DNA from: a virus
Strand: one strand, 5' to 3'
IMG/VR virus record: IMGVR_UViG_3300021964_000017
DNA length: 64,000 bases
Shown here: piece by piece, positions 43,411 to 53,619 of the stretch
Layout: each line of letters begins with the position of its first letter
How positions within the stretch are numbered: the stretch's first letter is position 1
The notes under the pieces: model-generated
The model's database searches: none
What the model was told of the DNA's origin: nothing
Seen by the model: the letters and a program-made list of their open reading frames with translations, nothing else
Position numbers and translations under genes: made by a program

Positions 43411-44345
43411 TTGAAGTTAACCTGCATCATAATCTCTGTCATACAAGCGACAGTATTAAGCTCATGATCAGCAACAAATGCATCCTTATATTGGTAGTCT
43501 GCTAGAATAAGAACCAGCTGAGGAACACTATTGTCAGCAACATACTGGAACATATTATCGTAGAGACCTCTAAAGATAGCAACAGTATCAACGTCCATAT
43601 GGTTAACTACCCACGCACGCATCTTCTTAAACTGCTTACCCTTTAGATGTTGTACTAGCTCAGCAATGCTACTATCAACACTGCCAATGTCAGCACCACC
43701 ACTATCAAAGCCTCCAATAGATCGTCGCTGTCCTTCATTAAGAACTCTACGCCAATCAGGAGCATGCTTCATAATCAAGTCAGCGATTACCTTATTCTCA
43801 TAAGGAACACTCTCTTGATCTAGGATATCGGTGAATCGCTTGAAGAATTGAGCAGCAAGCTCAGCCATGTCTTTCTTAGATGTATTAAACTCATATACAC
43901 CACATCGAGAGTGTAACGGCTCGATGATACGGTTCTTAAAGTTACATGTAAGAATAAAGCGACAGTTATTGCTAAACTCTTCAATAAATCCCCGCAAGGC
44001 AGGTTGGGTTGATTGAGGATTAAGGTAATCAGCCTCATCCAGAATTACTACCTTATACCCACCTTGCAAGGACACACTAGAGGCAAACTGTTTGATCTTA
44101 CCTCGTAGTGTATCAATGTTGCCTTCTTCAGATCCATTGACCACAATATAGTCAAGGTCTAATTGTTTACACATAGCCTTGGCAACAGTAGTTTTACCCA
44201 AACCAGCAGTACCAGAGAACAACATATTAGGAATCTCGCCGGTGTCTACAATAGCTTGGAGTGTTTGTTTTAGTTGTTTAGGAAGGATCGTATCCTCAAT
44301 AGTTTGAGGACGATACTTCTCAACCCACAGAAAGTCTTTAGACAT
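43407..44345 (-). CDS. gp44: Clamp loader large subunit
   Basis: LWVEKYRP, GTAGLGKT, ILDEAD, PLHSRC. Confidence 0.96.
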   Translation of the reverse strand: MSKDFLWVEKYRPQTIEDTILPKQLKQTLQAIVDTGEIPNMLFSGTAGLGKTTVAKAMCKQLDLDYIVVNGSEEGNIDTLRGKIKQFASSVSLQGGYKVVILDEADYLNPQSTQPALRGFIEEFSNNCRFILTCNFKNRIIEPLHSRCGVYEFNTSKKDMAELAAQFFKRFTDILDQESVPYENKVIADLIMKHAPDWRRVLNEGQRRSIGGFDSGGADIGSVDSSIAELVQHLKGKQFKKMRAWVVNHMDVDTVAIFRGLYDNMFQYVADNSVPQLVLILADYQYKDAFVADHELNTVACMTEIMMQVNFK

Positions 44346-44398
44346 ATTAACCTCATTATATAAAAAAGCATTGTATCACATTATGGTTAGAATGTCAA

Positions 44399-44638
44399 TT
44401 ATGATTCTGCGGCCTGTTCTTGTTGATATGATTCAGCTAGCTGGATGATCTGTAGAGATTGATCGCGGAGTTGGCCAATAGTAGTTAGCTCTTCACCTTT
44501 GAATGCACCACGAGAAGTCAATGCATCAACCACAGCCACTGTGCTTCGAGCTACGCGGTTAGATAGATTGTAGATCTGAGAGTGATCGGGAGTTGTTGGG
44601 GTGGTTGTTTCTGCTTTCGCCATTTGCTTCTGCTCCAT
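44399..44638 (-). CDS. Hypothetical protein
   Basis: VVDALTSRGAFKGEELTTIGQLR. Confidence 0.7.
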   Translation of the reverse strand: MEQKQMAKAETTTPTTPDHSQIYNLSNRVARSTVAVVDALTSRGAFKGEELTTIGQLRDQSLQIIQLAESYQQEQAAES

Positions 44639-45319
44639 TTATGATTCGAAAGTTGATGTTTTTTCTAGGGCAATCCAGTACTTGAGATCCATAGTATCAT
44701 CCATACTGGTAAACTGCGAGATCAGTTTAGTTGAGATCTCGACTTTGTAATCGCTAGGAATAAGTTTAAGGTTAGCGATATCAATAATGAAGTTGCAATC
44801 AGTTAGCTTGCTTTCTCCATCAACGTCAATAGCATATGTATTTGATGTAGAGTTATCTGTCTCTATGATAGAGAGACGAATCAGACCATCAACATGTCTA
44901 ATTGACATTTGTGAATGACCCAATGCACTTGCAGCGCGTTTAAGGTTATTCAGAGTACCATGATCCAAAGAGAATGTTACATCTGGCTCAGGCATCGCGA
45001 TTGGTTTGGATGGGCTAGTCAACATCTCTGGATCAGAGAAGAAGTACTTAATCTCAGCACGACCTGTGCTGTCACCAATCAATAGATGGTTAGGCTCAAA
45101 CCTAACCCGAGGACTATCCACAAGTCCCAACACATTCAAGAATTCTTGCAGATCGTAGATACCAAACTGCTGTGTGAATGTTTCGGGAACCGTGGCTTGT
45201 CCAAGTATGTTCTTCGGTTCAGCCATAGTCATGATAGAGTTACCTGGTTGGATAACTACATTACTATTGACTGTCGCAAAGTTCTTCAACACTTGCATAG
45301 TAAAATTGGACAGTTCCAT
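44639..45319 (-). CDS. gp45: Sliding clamp
   Basis: LKNFATVN, FGIYDLQEFL, YWIALE; synteny. Confidence 0.95.
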   Translation of the reverse strand: MELSNFTMQVLKNFATVNSNVVIQPGNSIMTMAEPKNILGQATVPETFTQQFGIYDLQEFLNVLGLVDSPRVRFEPNHLLIGDSTGRAEIKYFFSDPEMLTSPSKPIAMPEPDVTFSLDHGTLNNLKRAASALGHSQMSIRHVDGLIRLSIIETDNSTSNTYAIDVDGESKLTDCNFIIDIANLKLIPSDYKVEISTKLISQFTSMDDTMDLKYWIALEKTSTFES

Positions 45320-45321
45320 TA

Positions 45322-47040
45322 TCAGTTTCCTTTAATCTTGGAGAAGTTTTTCTCCTTATATATTTCGAGCTTGTTGGCAAACTTACCATCAAGAACTTCA
45401 CCTTTGTGGGATATAACAAATACATTTGTATCGTTCCCAAGAGTATAGATGATTTTCATCAAATTGTCAACACCTTCATGATCCAAAGACGAATCAAATG
45501 TCTCGTCGAGGATTAGTAGATTGGTTGCAACTGAGTTTTTCATCTTAGCAATCTGCCGCCATGTGAACAGAAGCGCTAGGTCAATACGTTGCTTCTCACC
45601 TTCAGAAAAAGAATCATATGTGAAGTTATCGCGGAAACGAGATCTGATTGTTTCTTGAAAAGCCTCGTCAAGATTAAACGACACAAAGAAGTCTAACACT
45701 TGCAAGTACTGATTGACTAATTTATTTATAACAGGAAGATATTGTTTTACAATCTTTGTTTTAATTCCTGTATCTTTTAGCATCTGGCTCATCACCAGAT
45801 TGTAGTTGAACTGCTCGTTCAATACTAGTTTCTGCTCGACTAGCGAGTCACCCGTCTCTATAAGCTGATCCAGATCAGCCTGCGCTGCATCCACATCAAC
45901 ATTATTATTTAGTTTGTTAATCTCGTTATGAGTTCTATCAATAGATGATTGAAATTGTGCGATCGATCGATTGTTAACAGCGATCTCATTTTGATACTCT
46001 CTACACTTCTCTATGATAGTGGTTGCTGCTAGAAGTGCTTGTTGAGCGGTACGTAGTCCTTCATCCGCTTTAGTAATTCCCGCCTGGAGTTCCTTCGCTC
46101 TGCTTTTTCCTTCCAGCACGTGGGCCTCTTTTGTGTCCTCAGTGATGGTTTGATCACAGGTCGGGCAGATATCGTTCTTCTCAAAGAATTGGACGTCTTT
46201 AACGATCTTCTTGACCTCAGTGTTGAATTTTGTTTTGTACGCTTCAAGCTCTTTGATCTTAGCTTCGTGTTGTTTTCTTTCCGCATCTGAATTAGGTAGT
46301 TGAGATTGAATGGAATCACTAAGCTCTGTGTTCTTTCCTTGTAGAGTTTTGATTTCATCTTGGAAATCTGAGATGAGTTTGAGTTTCTCTTCCCTTTGCT
46401 CTTTGTTGATTGCTTTGACGTCTTTAATGTATTTTTTCTGAGCGTCAACTTTAGTTGTTGTGAGGTCATGCTGATGTATAACATTTTTAATGTTGTCCTT
46501 CAATAATGATGTCTTCTCTTTCAAGATTCCATTCATCTTAGAGAATACATTAATGTCCAGAAGATCCTCGATAACATCTCTTCGATTCGTAGAGCTTAGC
46601 TGCATGAAAGGAATGAAGGAGGAGGAGCCTAGCACCACTATCTGATGGAAGCTTTTATGATTGAGCTTCAAGATGTTTTGCTCGAGGATCTTCTGGTACT
46701 CTTTAGCATGCGACGATTGATTAATCATCGTGCCATTTTGCCATATTTCAAAAGAGTTGGGTTTAATAGTTCTTCGAATTAGATACTCTTTACCGTGAAC
46801 ATCGAATGATACTTGAACTACAGTACCTTTGTTGTTAATACTGTTAACTAGCTGAGCCTTACTTATGTTACGGTGAGCTCTACCAAACAATGCAAAGCTC
46901 AGAGCATCCAACATAGTAGATTTGCCGGCGCCATTATGCCCTACAACAAGCGTAGTGCTATGCTTGGTAAGATCTACTTCTAACCATTGATTGCCAGTAG
47001 AAAGAAAGTTCTTCCAGCGTAAAGATTTAAATGTTATCAT
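45322..47040 (-). CDS. gp46: Recombination endonuclease ATPase subunit (SbcC/Rad50-like)
   Basis: GHNGAGKS, CPTC hook, FSEGEK, LILDE. Confidence 0.97.
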   Translation of the reverse strand: MITFKSLRWKNFLSTGNQWLEVDLTKHSTTLVVGHNGAGKSTMLDALSFALFGRAHRNISKAQLVNSINNKGTVVQVSFDVHGKEYLIRRTIKPNSFEIWQNGTMINQSSHAKEYQKILEQNILKLNHKSFHQIVVLGSSSFIPFMQLSSTNRRDVIEDLLDINVFSKMNGILKEKTSLLKDNIKNVIHQHDLTTTKVDAQKKYIKDVKAINKEQREEKLKLISDFQDEIKTLQGKNTELSDSIQSQLPNSDAERKQHEAKIKELEAYKTKFNTEVKKIVKDVQFFEKNDICPTCDQTITEDTKEAHVLEGKSRAKELQAGITKADEGLRTAQQALLAATTIIEKCREYQNEIAVNNRSIAQFQSSIDRTHNEINKLNNNVDVDAAQADLDQLIETGDSLVEQKLVLNEQFNYNLVMSQMLKDTGIKTKIVKQYLPVINKLVNQYLQVLDFFVSFNLDEAFQETIRSRFRDNFTYDSFSEGEKQRIDLALLFTWRQIAKMKNSVATNLLILDETFDSSLDHEGVDNLMKIIYTLGNDTNVFVISHKGEVLDGKFANKLEIYKEKNFSKIKGN

Positions 47041-48098
47041 GCTATCTCTAGGGTTTGTGCCTCTATCATCAATCCACTCATCTCAACCTTAATCCGATCC
47101 TTATCTAGATCGGTATCAACAGCATCGATATAGCTGTTGAGAAGGGTAGGAGTATCATCCACTGAAACGCTTTGATCGTCAACAGCTGATCCGATAAACT
47201 CGTTAAAGTTTTCTGCGATCTTTAGTTCAAGGATGTTGCGGTTCTGGATGCGATCGATAAATCTATCGAATGTGAATGTATCAGACTTGTTAATAACAAC
47301 AATCTTTACAAAGTGATTTTCTATACCTGAAAGATCATAGTGAAGATAGTCGTGCTTAGTGTCATCATACCTAATCCGATAGTGTAGAGTATGAGGATTA
47401 CGAACGGCTTCGATAGTTCTGGTTTCTGTATCAAGGATGTGGAAATACTTAGCATCATGTGCATCATTCCAAAAGAACTCCATTTGTGAACCCAGATACA
47501 TTATATTGTCTTGTTCTGATTTTGTATGAAAGTGACCAGACAATACTCGCTCAAACCGTTTAAAGATAGATCGATCTAGTCCGTGCTCACACTTAATACC
47601 TTTCATCATCTCATATCCTTGGATATCAAAATGACCACCTAGCCAATCACACTTTGCGTTTGCAATGAAGTCTAGTGATTGTTTCTCGTTGGCATCATCA
47701 ATCCATGGGACTAGGCCTATCTTCATAGATCCATATTCCATAACCTTAGGCTCTTGAATGATTGTTACCTCATTCATATAATGACCCAATAGTTCCTTGA
47801 GAGAGTTTAGCTCACCAGTGTTCTTATAGAATGTATCATGGTTCCCACGAATAATATCCATGGTAATGCCATTATCCCTTAACGGTTTAAGGAAGTGATT
47901 ACGGTTGCGGTTAAGAGCGCGGAAGTTAATAAATTTCCTGTTATCATAGTAATCACCAAGATGCACAATATGCTTAATATCATGTTCCAGAAGATAAGGA
48001 AAAAATACATCAGAATAAAATTTCTCTGCATTATTGAGAAATACGTCAGAGCTATTGCGGATACCACAATGAGTGTCATTAAGAAGGGCAATTTTCAT
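47037..48098 (-). CDS. gp47: Recombination endonuclease nuclease subunit (SbcD/Mre11-like)
   Basis: DTHCG, LGDYYD, GNHD, SGHFH. Confidence 0.96.
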   Translation of the reverse strand: MKIALLNDTHCGIRNSSDVFLNNAEKFYSDVFFPYLLEHDIKHIVHLGDYYDNRKFINFRALNRNRNHFLKPLRDNGITMDIIRGNHDTFYKNTGELNSLKELLGHYMNEVTIIQEPKVMEYGSMKIGLVPWIDDANEKQSLDFIANAKCDWLGGHFDIQGYEMMKGIKCEHGLDRSIFKRFERVLSGHFHTKSEQDNIMYLGSQMEFFWNDAHDAKYFHILDTETRTIEAVRNPHTLHYRIRYDDTKHDYLHYDLSGIENHFVKIVVINKSDTFTFDRFIDRIQNRNILELKIAENFNEFIGSAVDDQSVSVDDTPTLLNSYIDAVDTDLDKDRIKVEMSGLMIEAQTLEIA

Positions 48099-48843
48099 GA
48101 TCAAGTATGTTCCATTTTGGCGTCCAGCCTAGTTTCAACAGTGCTTCGATATTAGCTTTTGTGTGTACACGTTCTCCGTTAGGATTTGCATCACGCCATT
48201 CTCCTTGGAAGTTCATAACCTTAGCTACTTCTTCCACTGGTGTAGAGTGACCAGTGCCAATATCATAAACACGTTGACTCATTATAGCTGAATTGAAGTT
48301 GGAAAGCAACACTTGAATTGCTTCGACAACATCGTTTACATGAACAAAGTCGCGAAAGTGCCCTCGATTGATATATTCAACTTCACCTCGTTTAAACTTC
48401 ATGAATAACATATCATCACGACCAGGCCAGATAGTATGAAATCTCATACCAATAGCTGGATAGTCTTCTGCTTGAATCTCATTCATCTTCTTAGTAGCGG
48501 CATATGGATTACCCCACCACTCGTATGCATTAGAAGAAGAAGCATATAAGATGTTACTATCATTTAGCTCAGAGAATGCTAGCATATGACGCATACCACC
48601 AACATTAACTTCCTCATACAGTTCTGGCGCATCAAATGAAGGTCTGACTCCAGCTAGAGCTGCAAGATGAATAATAGTATCTATAGGTTTAGATTCATCA
48701 TGAAGTTCTGCCCAATGTTCCCAATTGCGGACGTCTTTATCCTCTCCAAAGGTTACAACAGGATATCCTTTACCAACTAGATGTTTTACTAGCCGGCTTC
48801 CGACCATACCATCAGAACCTGTAATCAACAACCGCATAATCAA
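48079..48843 (-). CDS. NAD-dependent epimerase/dehydratase
   Basis: ITGSDGMVG, HLAALAGVR, ASSS, YAATK, RDFVHVND. Confidence 0.9.
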   Translation of the reverse strand: MIMRLLITGSDGMVGSRLVKHLVGKGYPVVTFGEDKDVRNWEHWAELHDESKPIDTIIHLAALAGVRPSFDAPELYEEVNVGGMRHMLAFSELNDSNILYASSSNAYEWWGNPYAATKKMNEIQAEDYPAIGMRFHTIWPGRDDMLFMKFKRGEVEYINRGHFRDFVHVNDVVEAIQVLLSNFNSAIMSQRVYDIGTGHSTPVEEVAKVMNFQGEWRDANPNGERVHTKANIEALLKLGWTPKWNILDHENCPS

Positions 48844-49439
48844 TCCTCCATAAAATCACCGAGGTCAGAATCAACGTACATTACTCTTTTCTTACGTTTT
48901 TTTTCTTCCCTGATGTACTGTTTAATCTCAGTGTCTTTCTCTTTCACTCTGTCAATACGATCTTTTAACTGGTTGACAAACGCTTGAACAACTTGCACAG
49001 ATTGTTGGTCCGATTGGTCTGTTGCAATGTATTCTTCAAGGCCACTTTGAGAGAGATATCTTAACTTAACATCCTGTTGCTTCTTTTCCTTTGCAATACG
49101 ACGAAGGAATGCATACCAACTAATTTGCGTGAAGTATGCGAATGCATTAGGTAGGCCGGTCCGTGTGGCTGCTTCGATGTTGTAGTTCTCAATTGCCTTG
49201 AGGCAGTTCTCTACTGCGTCCATAACCATCTCTTCACGATATGTGTATCGGATGAAGTTAGACTTATGAGAAAGCCCTTCTGAGATTTTTAGAAAACAAG
49301 AAGCAATATAGTCAGGTACAATTGGCAATGGTTGTTCATTTGCCTTTGCTTCTTTTAGTGTTGTACAATAATCAACAACTGCTTGAGAGAACTCTTTGTT
49401 GTTGACGTAATGAATGCTCGCGCGTTTTGATCTAGCCAT
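48840..49439 (-). CDS. gp55: Late-transcription sigma factor
   Basis: HYVNNKEF, NFIRYTYREEMVMD, NAFAYFTQI, FLRRIAKEK. Confidence 0.96.
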   Translation of the reverse strand: MARSKRASIHYVNNKEFSQAVVDYCTTLKEAKANEQPLPIVPDYIASCFLKISEGLSHKSNFIRYTYREEMVMDAVENCLKAIENYNIEAATRTGLPNAFAYFTQISWYAFLRRIAKEKKQQDVKLRYLSQSGLEEYIATDQSDQQSVQVVQAFVNQLKDRIDRVKEKDTEIKQYIREEKKRKKRVMYVDSDLGDFMED

Positions 49440-49497
49440 AATATAGTCCTCACTATTTGATATTATTATACACCATTAAAAAAGATTTTACAACCCG

Positions 49498-49555
49498 TTG
49501 ACTTATTTTATTTTTCTGGTATAATAAGGCATCAGCCTTGCAGGGGGCAGTATAT
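49498..49555 (+). promoter_or_regulatory. Sigma70 promoter plus hairpin plus GGGCAGTATAT element (copy 2), divergent from gp55
   Basis: TTGACT-16-TATAAT with extended TG, then AAGGC-ATCA-GCCTT-GCAGGGGGCAGTATAT. Confidence 0.6.
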
Positions 49556-49557
49556 CC

Positions 49558-50217
49558 CTATTTAACTAAAAATCCAATCCGTGAATCTTCGAGTTGTCCG
49601 TCTGCATCATCATACGATTCTACAAAGTTATAACCGTGCATTTCCATATGTTGTTTCTTTACACCAAGATCCGAAGCCCACACAGGAATGATATGATCAT
49701 AATCCGGATCGGGGGATGGACGTAAATGAACCTCTATAACTTGATTACCTTTAAACTCAACATTAATAGCTTCAACGTCTCTCAGGCAAACCAACTCATC
49801 AGGTACTTCTGGTATATAGTCAGATCTTTTCCACTCAACAAACTTAGTCAGATTGATAGGCATGTTAGTTCCTTCCCAACAGGAAAATCCTTTCCATGGC
49901 TGCAACCACTTACCATCTTGCATATCTCTGTCGTATTTCCACTTATAGTTTGCTGAGTAATGTTTCCCCGTGAGGTATTCACACCAGAAGTAACCTGCAG
50001 GGACAGATCGATCGTCTCCAGCTTTTATTTCTTTTACTTCAGCTCCAACGCCCATACCCGACAGATTGTATATAGGTCTTACAATGTATGTTCCATCCTT
50101 AGTTGGTGCAGTTCCGCTTGGACCACAATCATATCCAAACAGCTCAGCGATGTATAGTTTATTAAACCATTTACGATGATGTGGGTACTTTGCATATGAG
50201 TCGTCGTCGTCTTGCAT
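49558..50217 (-). CDS. Conserved hypothetical protein, possible ATP-grasp-like fold
   Basis: YIVRPIYNLSGMG, FWCE...G.HYS, INVEF...IEVHLR. Confidence 0.65.
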   Translation of the reverse strand: MQDDDDSYAKYPHHRKWFNKLYIAELFGYDCGPSGTAPTKDGTYIVRPIYNLSGMGVGAEVKEIKAGDDRSVPAGYFWCEYLTGKHYSANYKWKYDRDMQDGKWLQPWKGFSCWEGTNMPINLTKFVEWKRSDYIPEVPDELVCLRDVEAINVEFKGNQVIEVHLRPSPDPDYDHIIPVWASDLGVKKQHMEMHGYNFVESYDDADGQLEDSRIGFLVK

Positions 50218-50645
50218 TAGTGTAACTTATCCTTATTAAACAACGAAACGACATTACTATTATCTGAATCACTCAATTCAGCTTGTTGTAGTTTGTGCAG
50301 TATTCGTTGTATCATTATTGCATCATCACTATCATAATGATCAGATAATTCACCTTCATCACTTTGCGCTTCAATTGATTTTAGATATTGATTCAATAAA
50401 ATCTTAGATGGTTTGGCTTCACCGACAATATGAGAATAGTTTAGTAGCTGCAGATATTCATTGTTAAGTTGAAATGACATCCATGGCCTAAAAGAATAAA
50501 ATCTATATCCAGTCTCTAGATTATCAGTTCTAGTTATCATCATAGCATTGCGAATTACTATATTAACCTCTTCACCTTCAGGTTCTTGTACGACTTGAGC
50601 AATAATCTCATCGCCGTTGGATAATCTAAACTGTGTATAATTCAT
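50217..50645 (-). CDS. Conserved hypothetical protein downstream of uvsW (Sm-like)
   Basis: FRLSNGDEIIA...FRPWM. Confidence 0.7.
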   Translation of the reverse strand: MNYTQFRLSNGDEIIAQVVQEPEGEEVNIVIRNAMMITRTDNLETGYRFYSFRPWMSFQLNNEYLQLLNYSHIVGEAKPSKILLNQYLKSIEAQSDEGELSDHYDSDDAIMIQRILHKLQQAELSDSDNSNVVSLFNKDKLH

Positions 50646-52144
50646 TTAAGATCTACCTTTACTATTTCATAATCAAATTGTTCTTTATCATACATCTTTA
50701 CACGAAGGGCAGAGTGTGTGAGAGTAAAATTATTCCTTTTACCCCAATGAAGATCGTCCGCTATGTCAAATAGTTTAGTATCTTGTCCATTGTCCGATTT
50801 CCGTAGTCCGCGTCCGATTGACTGAAGAACTTTGATTTGGGACTTCGAAGGTGATGCAAATATAATATTATGAAGGTTACGTATGTTAATACCAGTACTG
50901 AAGGTACCAAGACTAGCAACAATGATAGCATCTTTTTGCTTCTCCACTATTTTACGAATGGCTTCTCTATCTGAGGTATCTGTGTCGCCTGATACAAAGA
51001 ATACCTTTCTGCCTCTTGCGACCTTATTATTTATAAGCTCGAATAATGGCTTGCCATGAGCTTCCACACGATGATATAGGACGAGAGTATTTCCAGAAGA
51101 AGATACAGCCAGATTACGAATGAAATTATTACGAGATTCCATTCCGATAATAAAATTGATTTCATCTTGATAAGTTTGTTTGCCAAAGTTTTTCCTAACA
51201 TCCTCAGCGTAATTCATTAATAATACTTTAATATTTAGTTTTGCTAATGTCCCATCTTTCTGCAGATCAACGGTCTTTGTGACGTTGTATACGGGGCCAA
51301 ACAACCCCTCTAGTACTAACTTGTGAGTCTGGGTACCATCGAGAGTCCCTGTAAACCCGTACCGGTATTTGGCAAGGGTAGCTTTGTTCATAATTGAAGA
51401 TAGTGACTTAGATTTAAAACCATGACACTCATCTCCCAGCACCATACCAAATTGCTCAAACCACTTCTTAGGAAGTTTATAAATACTCTGCCATGTAGAA
51501 ATAATAAATACTTTATTAGTATCCTTATCTTTGCCTGAATAAATTTTATGGGCAGCGTCTGGGATCATACCATAGTCGATAAAGTCTTGATGCATTTGTT
51601 CGACTAAAGACGTGGTAGGAACAATTATAAGCACTTTGCTCGCTCTGGGGTAGTTTACCCCATCGGTGAGATATTGTTGCCAGTATTTCATGATCAGATA
51701 TATCATATAAGATTTACCTGATCCAGTAGGAGACAAAAGAATTGCTCGAGTTCTTGTCAGGGCTGTGGTTATCGCATCGAGTTGGTAATCTCGAGGTTGA
51801 AATGGAAGTGCTTCATCAGCTAGTAAATGAGGTACGGATTGAGCAGCTTGTGGATCCGGAATTGGAAGCCCGTAATCAGACTCTTCAGTGTCAAGAAGAT
51901 ACGATCGCTCAGCTGCAAACTTTATTAAATAAACATATAGCCCAGCAGAGAGCTCTCCAGTCATGCGATTGAATAGCTTGATCTTTCCATCCCAAACTTT
52001 GTTCTTATAAGCAGGCATAAACTTGTAGCCTGGAACAAAGAATGAGAAGTAGTCAGATATCTCCGCAGCTAACCCAGCGTCAACATCTACTTCTAACATC
52101 GAATAATCTTTTAGTCTACAAACAATATCAACCACCGGCTTCAA
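50642..52144 (-). CDS. uvsW: SF2 DNA helicase
   Basis: SPTGSGKS, DECH, GFTGT, QSIGRGLR. Confidence 0.96.
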   Translation of the reverse strand: MKPVVDIVCRLKDYSMLEVDVDAGLAAEISDYFSFFVPGYKFMPAYKNKVWDGKIKLFNRMTGELSAGLYVYLIKFAAERSYLLDTEESDYGLPIPDPQAAQSVPHLLADEALPFQPRDYQLDAITTALTRTRAILLSPTGSGKSYMIYLIMKYWQQYLTDGVNYPRASKVLIIVPTTSLVEQMHQDFIDYGMIPDAAHKIYSGKDKDTNKVFIISTWQSIYKLPKKWFEQFGMVLGDECHGFKSKSLSSIMNKATLAKYRYGFTGTLDGTQTHKLVLEGLFGPVYNVTKTVDLQKDGTLAKLNIKVLLMNYAEDVRKNFGKQTYQDEINFIIGMESRNNFIRNLAVSSSGNTLVLYHRVEAHGKPLFELINNKVARGRKVFFVSGDTDTSDREAIRKIVEKQKDAIIVASLGTFSTGINIRNLHNIIFASPSKSQIKVLQSIGRGLRKSDNGQDTKLFDIADDLHWGKRNNFTLTHSALRVKMYDKEQFDYEIVKVDLK

Positions 52145-52571
52145 ATACTCTCCATTTTATCATATTACCAATTGTCTGGTGTCTCCAGTTGAGATTGTTT
52201 ACTATCTCATTAAGCGTATCTATCATAGTTTTTAGATATTGAATTCTAAGCTCTGACTCTTGAATCTCTTTATCAGAATCATAATAGTAATCCATCTCAC
52301 CCTTCATAATCTTTAGACCATCAAGAGGATCATAATCCCAACCCAACTCTTTGATTTGATCTTCAGACATCTTACCATTGTACCAAAGCCATTTTAGCTT
52401 TAGTAGCTTCTTTTGATCCATTTCCGCTTTCTTAATTCTAAGTTTAGTATTAGAAAGTAGCGTCAGATACTTGGCATGTAGCGCTGGGGTTTGACGAGAT
52501 GTTTCGTCCAGGTTGTTCTTAGACAGCTGTGAATCAGCTGCCCACTCTTCGAGCAGTTGCTCTAATGTCAT
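52128..52571 (-). CDS. uvsY: Recombination mediator
   Basis: PALHAKYL, WLWYNGK, IKWRVFEAG; synteny. Confidence 0.9.
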   Translation of the reverse strand: MTLEQLLEEWAADSQLSKNNLDETSRQTPALHAKYLTLLSNTKLRIKKAEMDQKKLLKLKWLWYNGKMSEDQIKELGWDYDPLDGLKIMKGEMDYYYDSDKEIQESELRIQYLKTMIDTLNEIVNNLNWRHQTIGNMIKWRVFEAGG

Positions 52572-52586
52572 AATATAACTCCATCA

Positions 52587-53147
52587 TTAGTTCAATTCAA
52601 AGTACGAAAATCTAAAAGTAGCTGGAAATGTAATCTGCGTGGTATCACCAGTCGTAGCTTCCATAACCATGTTACCTAGTCCTGTTGGTACACAATCTAT
52701 ATATCTAATCTTTCTAGTGACGTTATTGTGGCTGCTAAGAATAGCAAGTGTGATATCACTATACGTTGGAGGAGTAGTATCGGTTAACGATCTGTTCAAG
52801 CGACTCTTCTGTGGTGTTTGTACCAATCTTTGCATCCAGTTATACATCTCAGTATATGCATTCATATTTTCGTCAACTATAATCATACACTCTAATTCAG
52901 TAAAGTTCAACTTATCTCCTGCCATAGCAATGTTACCAATACGTGAATAAGAAACATCTGCAGCTGGAATATCCATTGCTGGGTGAGCTACACTTTGACA
53001 AAAGAACTCAAGGTTTGGAAAGTTCTTTCTATCAACAATTAGTTTAAACGCCGTGGGTTGTAATAGGTTAACATTGTTCAAACCAGTGGTAGATCCAGTT
53101 AGAGTATCATCTACATTAACTGTGACTGATGGGTTTAGTGTTACCAT
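52587..53147 (-). CDS. gp3: Tail tube terminator / tail completion protein
   Basis: NLLQPTAF, FFCQSV, GDKL, VDENM..Y.EMYNW. Confidence 0.85.
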   Translation of the reverse strand: MVTLNPSVTVNVDDTLTGSTTGLNNVNLLQPTAFKLIVDRKNFPNLEFFCQSVAHPAMDIPAADVSYSRIGNIAMAGDKLNFTELECMIIVDENMNAYTEMYNWMQRLVQTPQKSRLNRSLTDTTPPTYSDITLAILSSHNNVTRKIRYIDCVPTGLGNMVMEATTGDTTQITFPATFRFSYFELN

Positions 53148-53167
53148 AATTTTTTCCTAAAGATGAA

Positions 53168-53204
53168 ATTACCTGTTGACTTGTTATTATTTATATGTGA
53201 TAAA
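53168..53204 (+). promoter_or_regulatory. Early promoter (+) overlapping a minus-strand late promoter (53188-53195) for gp3
   Basis: AATTACCTG-TTGACT; TATTTATA lies inside the spacer. Confidence 0.6.
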
Positions 53205-53228
53205 GAATACAGATAAAGGAGATACACT

Positions 53229-53573
53229 ATGACACAGTTTAATAAAGCAGACTTTGAATACCACGGTGGATACTTAATGTATAGAGGTGATTACGAAGGC
53301 CGTCCAGTATATCCCAACAAAGAAGGTGTTCATCCTTCAAATGTGGGTCGTGGTATCGATCTCTTCGTCGCCCGCTTCAAGTATTCCAAATCTCCTATCA
53401 CAAAGGCTAAGTTTTTAAAAGAACTCATCAAGAACTTTACTGTTGAAGAGTATGTAGAGGCTCGTAGCCGGGAAGGAATCGAGGGCTCACCGCTTGAGAT
53501 TTTGAAGAATAATAATCCAGAGTGGTATTGGAAAATTATTAATAATTTCTATCCTGCAGAGCCGCGGGTATAA
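53229..53573 (+). CDS. Hypothetical protein, lone plus-strand gene
   Basis: AAGGAG RBS; FEYHGGYLMY...FVARFKY. Confidence 0.8.
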   Translation: MTQFNKADFEYHGGYLMYRGDYEGRPVYPNKEGVHPSNVGRGIDLFVARFKYSKSPITKAKFLKELIKNFTVEEYVEARSREGIEGSPLEILKNNNPEWYWKIINNFYPAEPRV

Positions 53574-53597
53574 AAAAAGGGCCGCGTGAGCGGCCCT
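53572..53597 (-). terminator. Terminator after gp23 (probably bidirectional)
   Basis: AGGGCCGC-TCAC-GCGGCCCT-TTTTTT. Confidence 0.85.
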
Positions 53598-53619
53598 AGT
53601 TGTTTCCGTAATCCGAATC

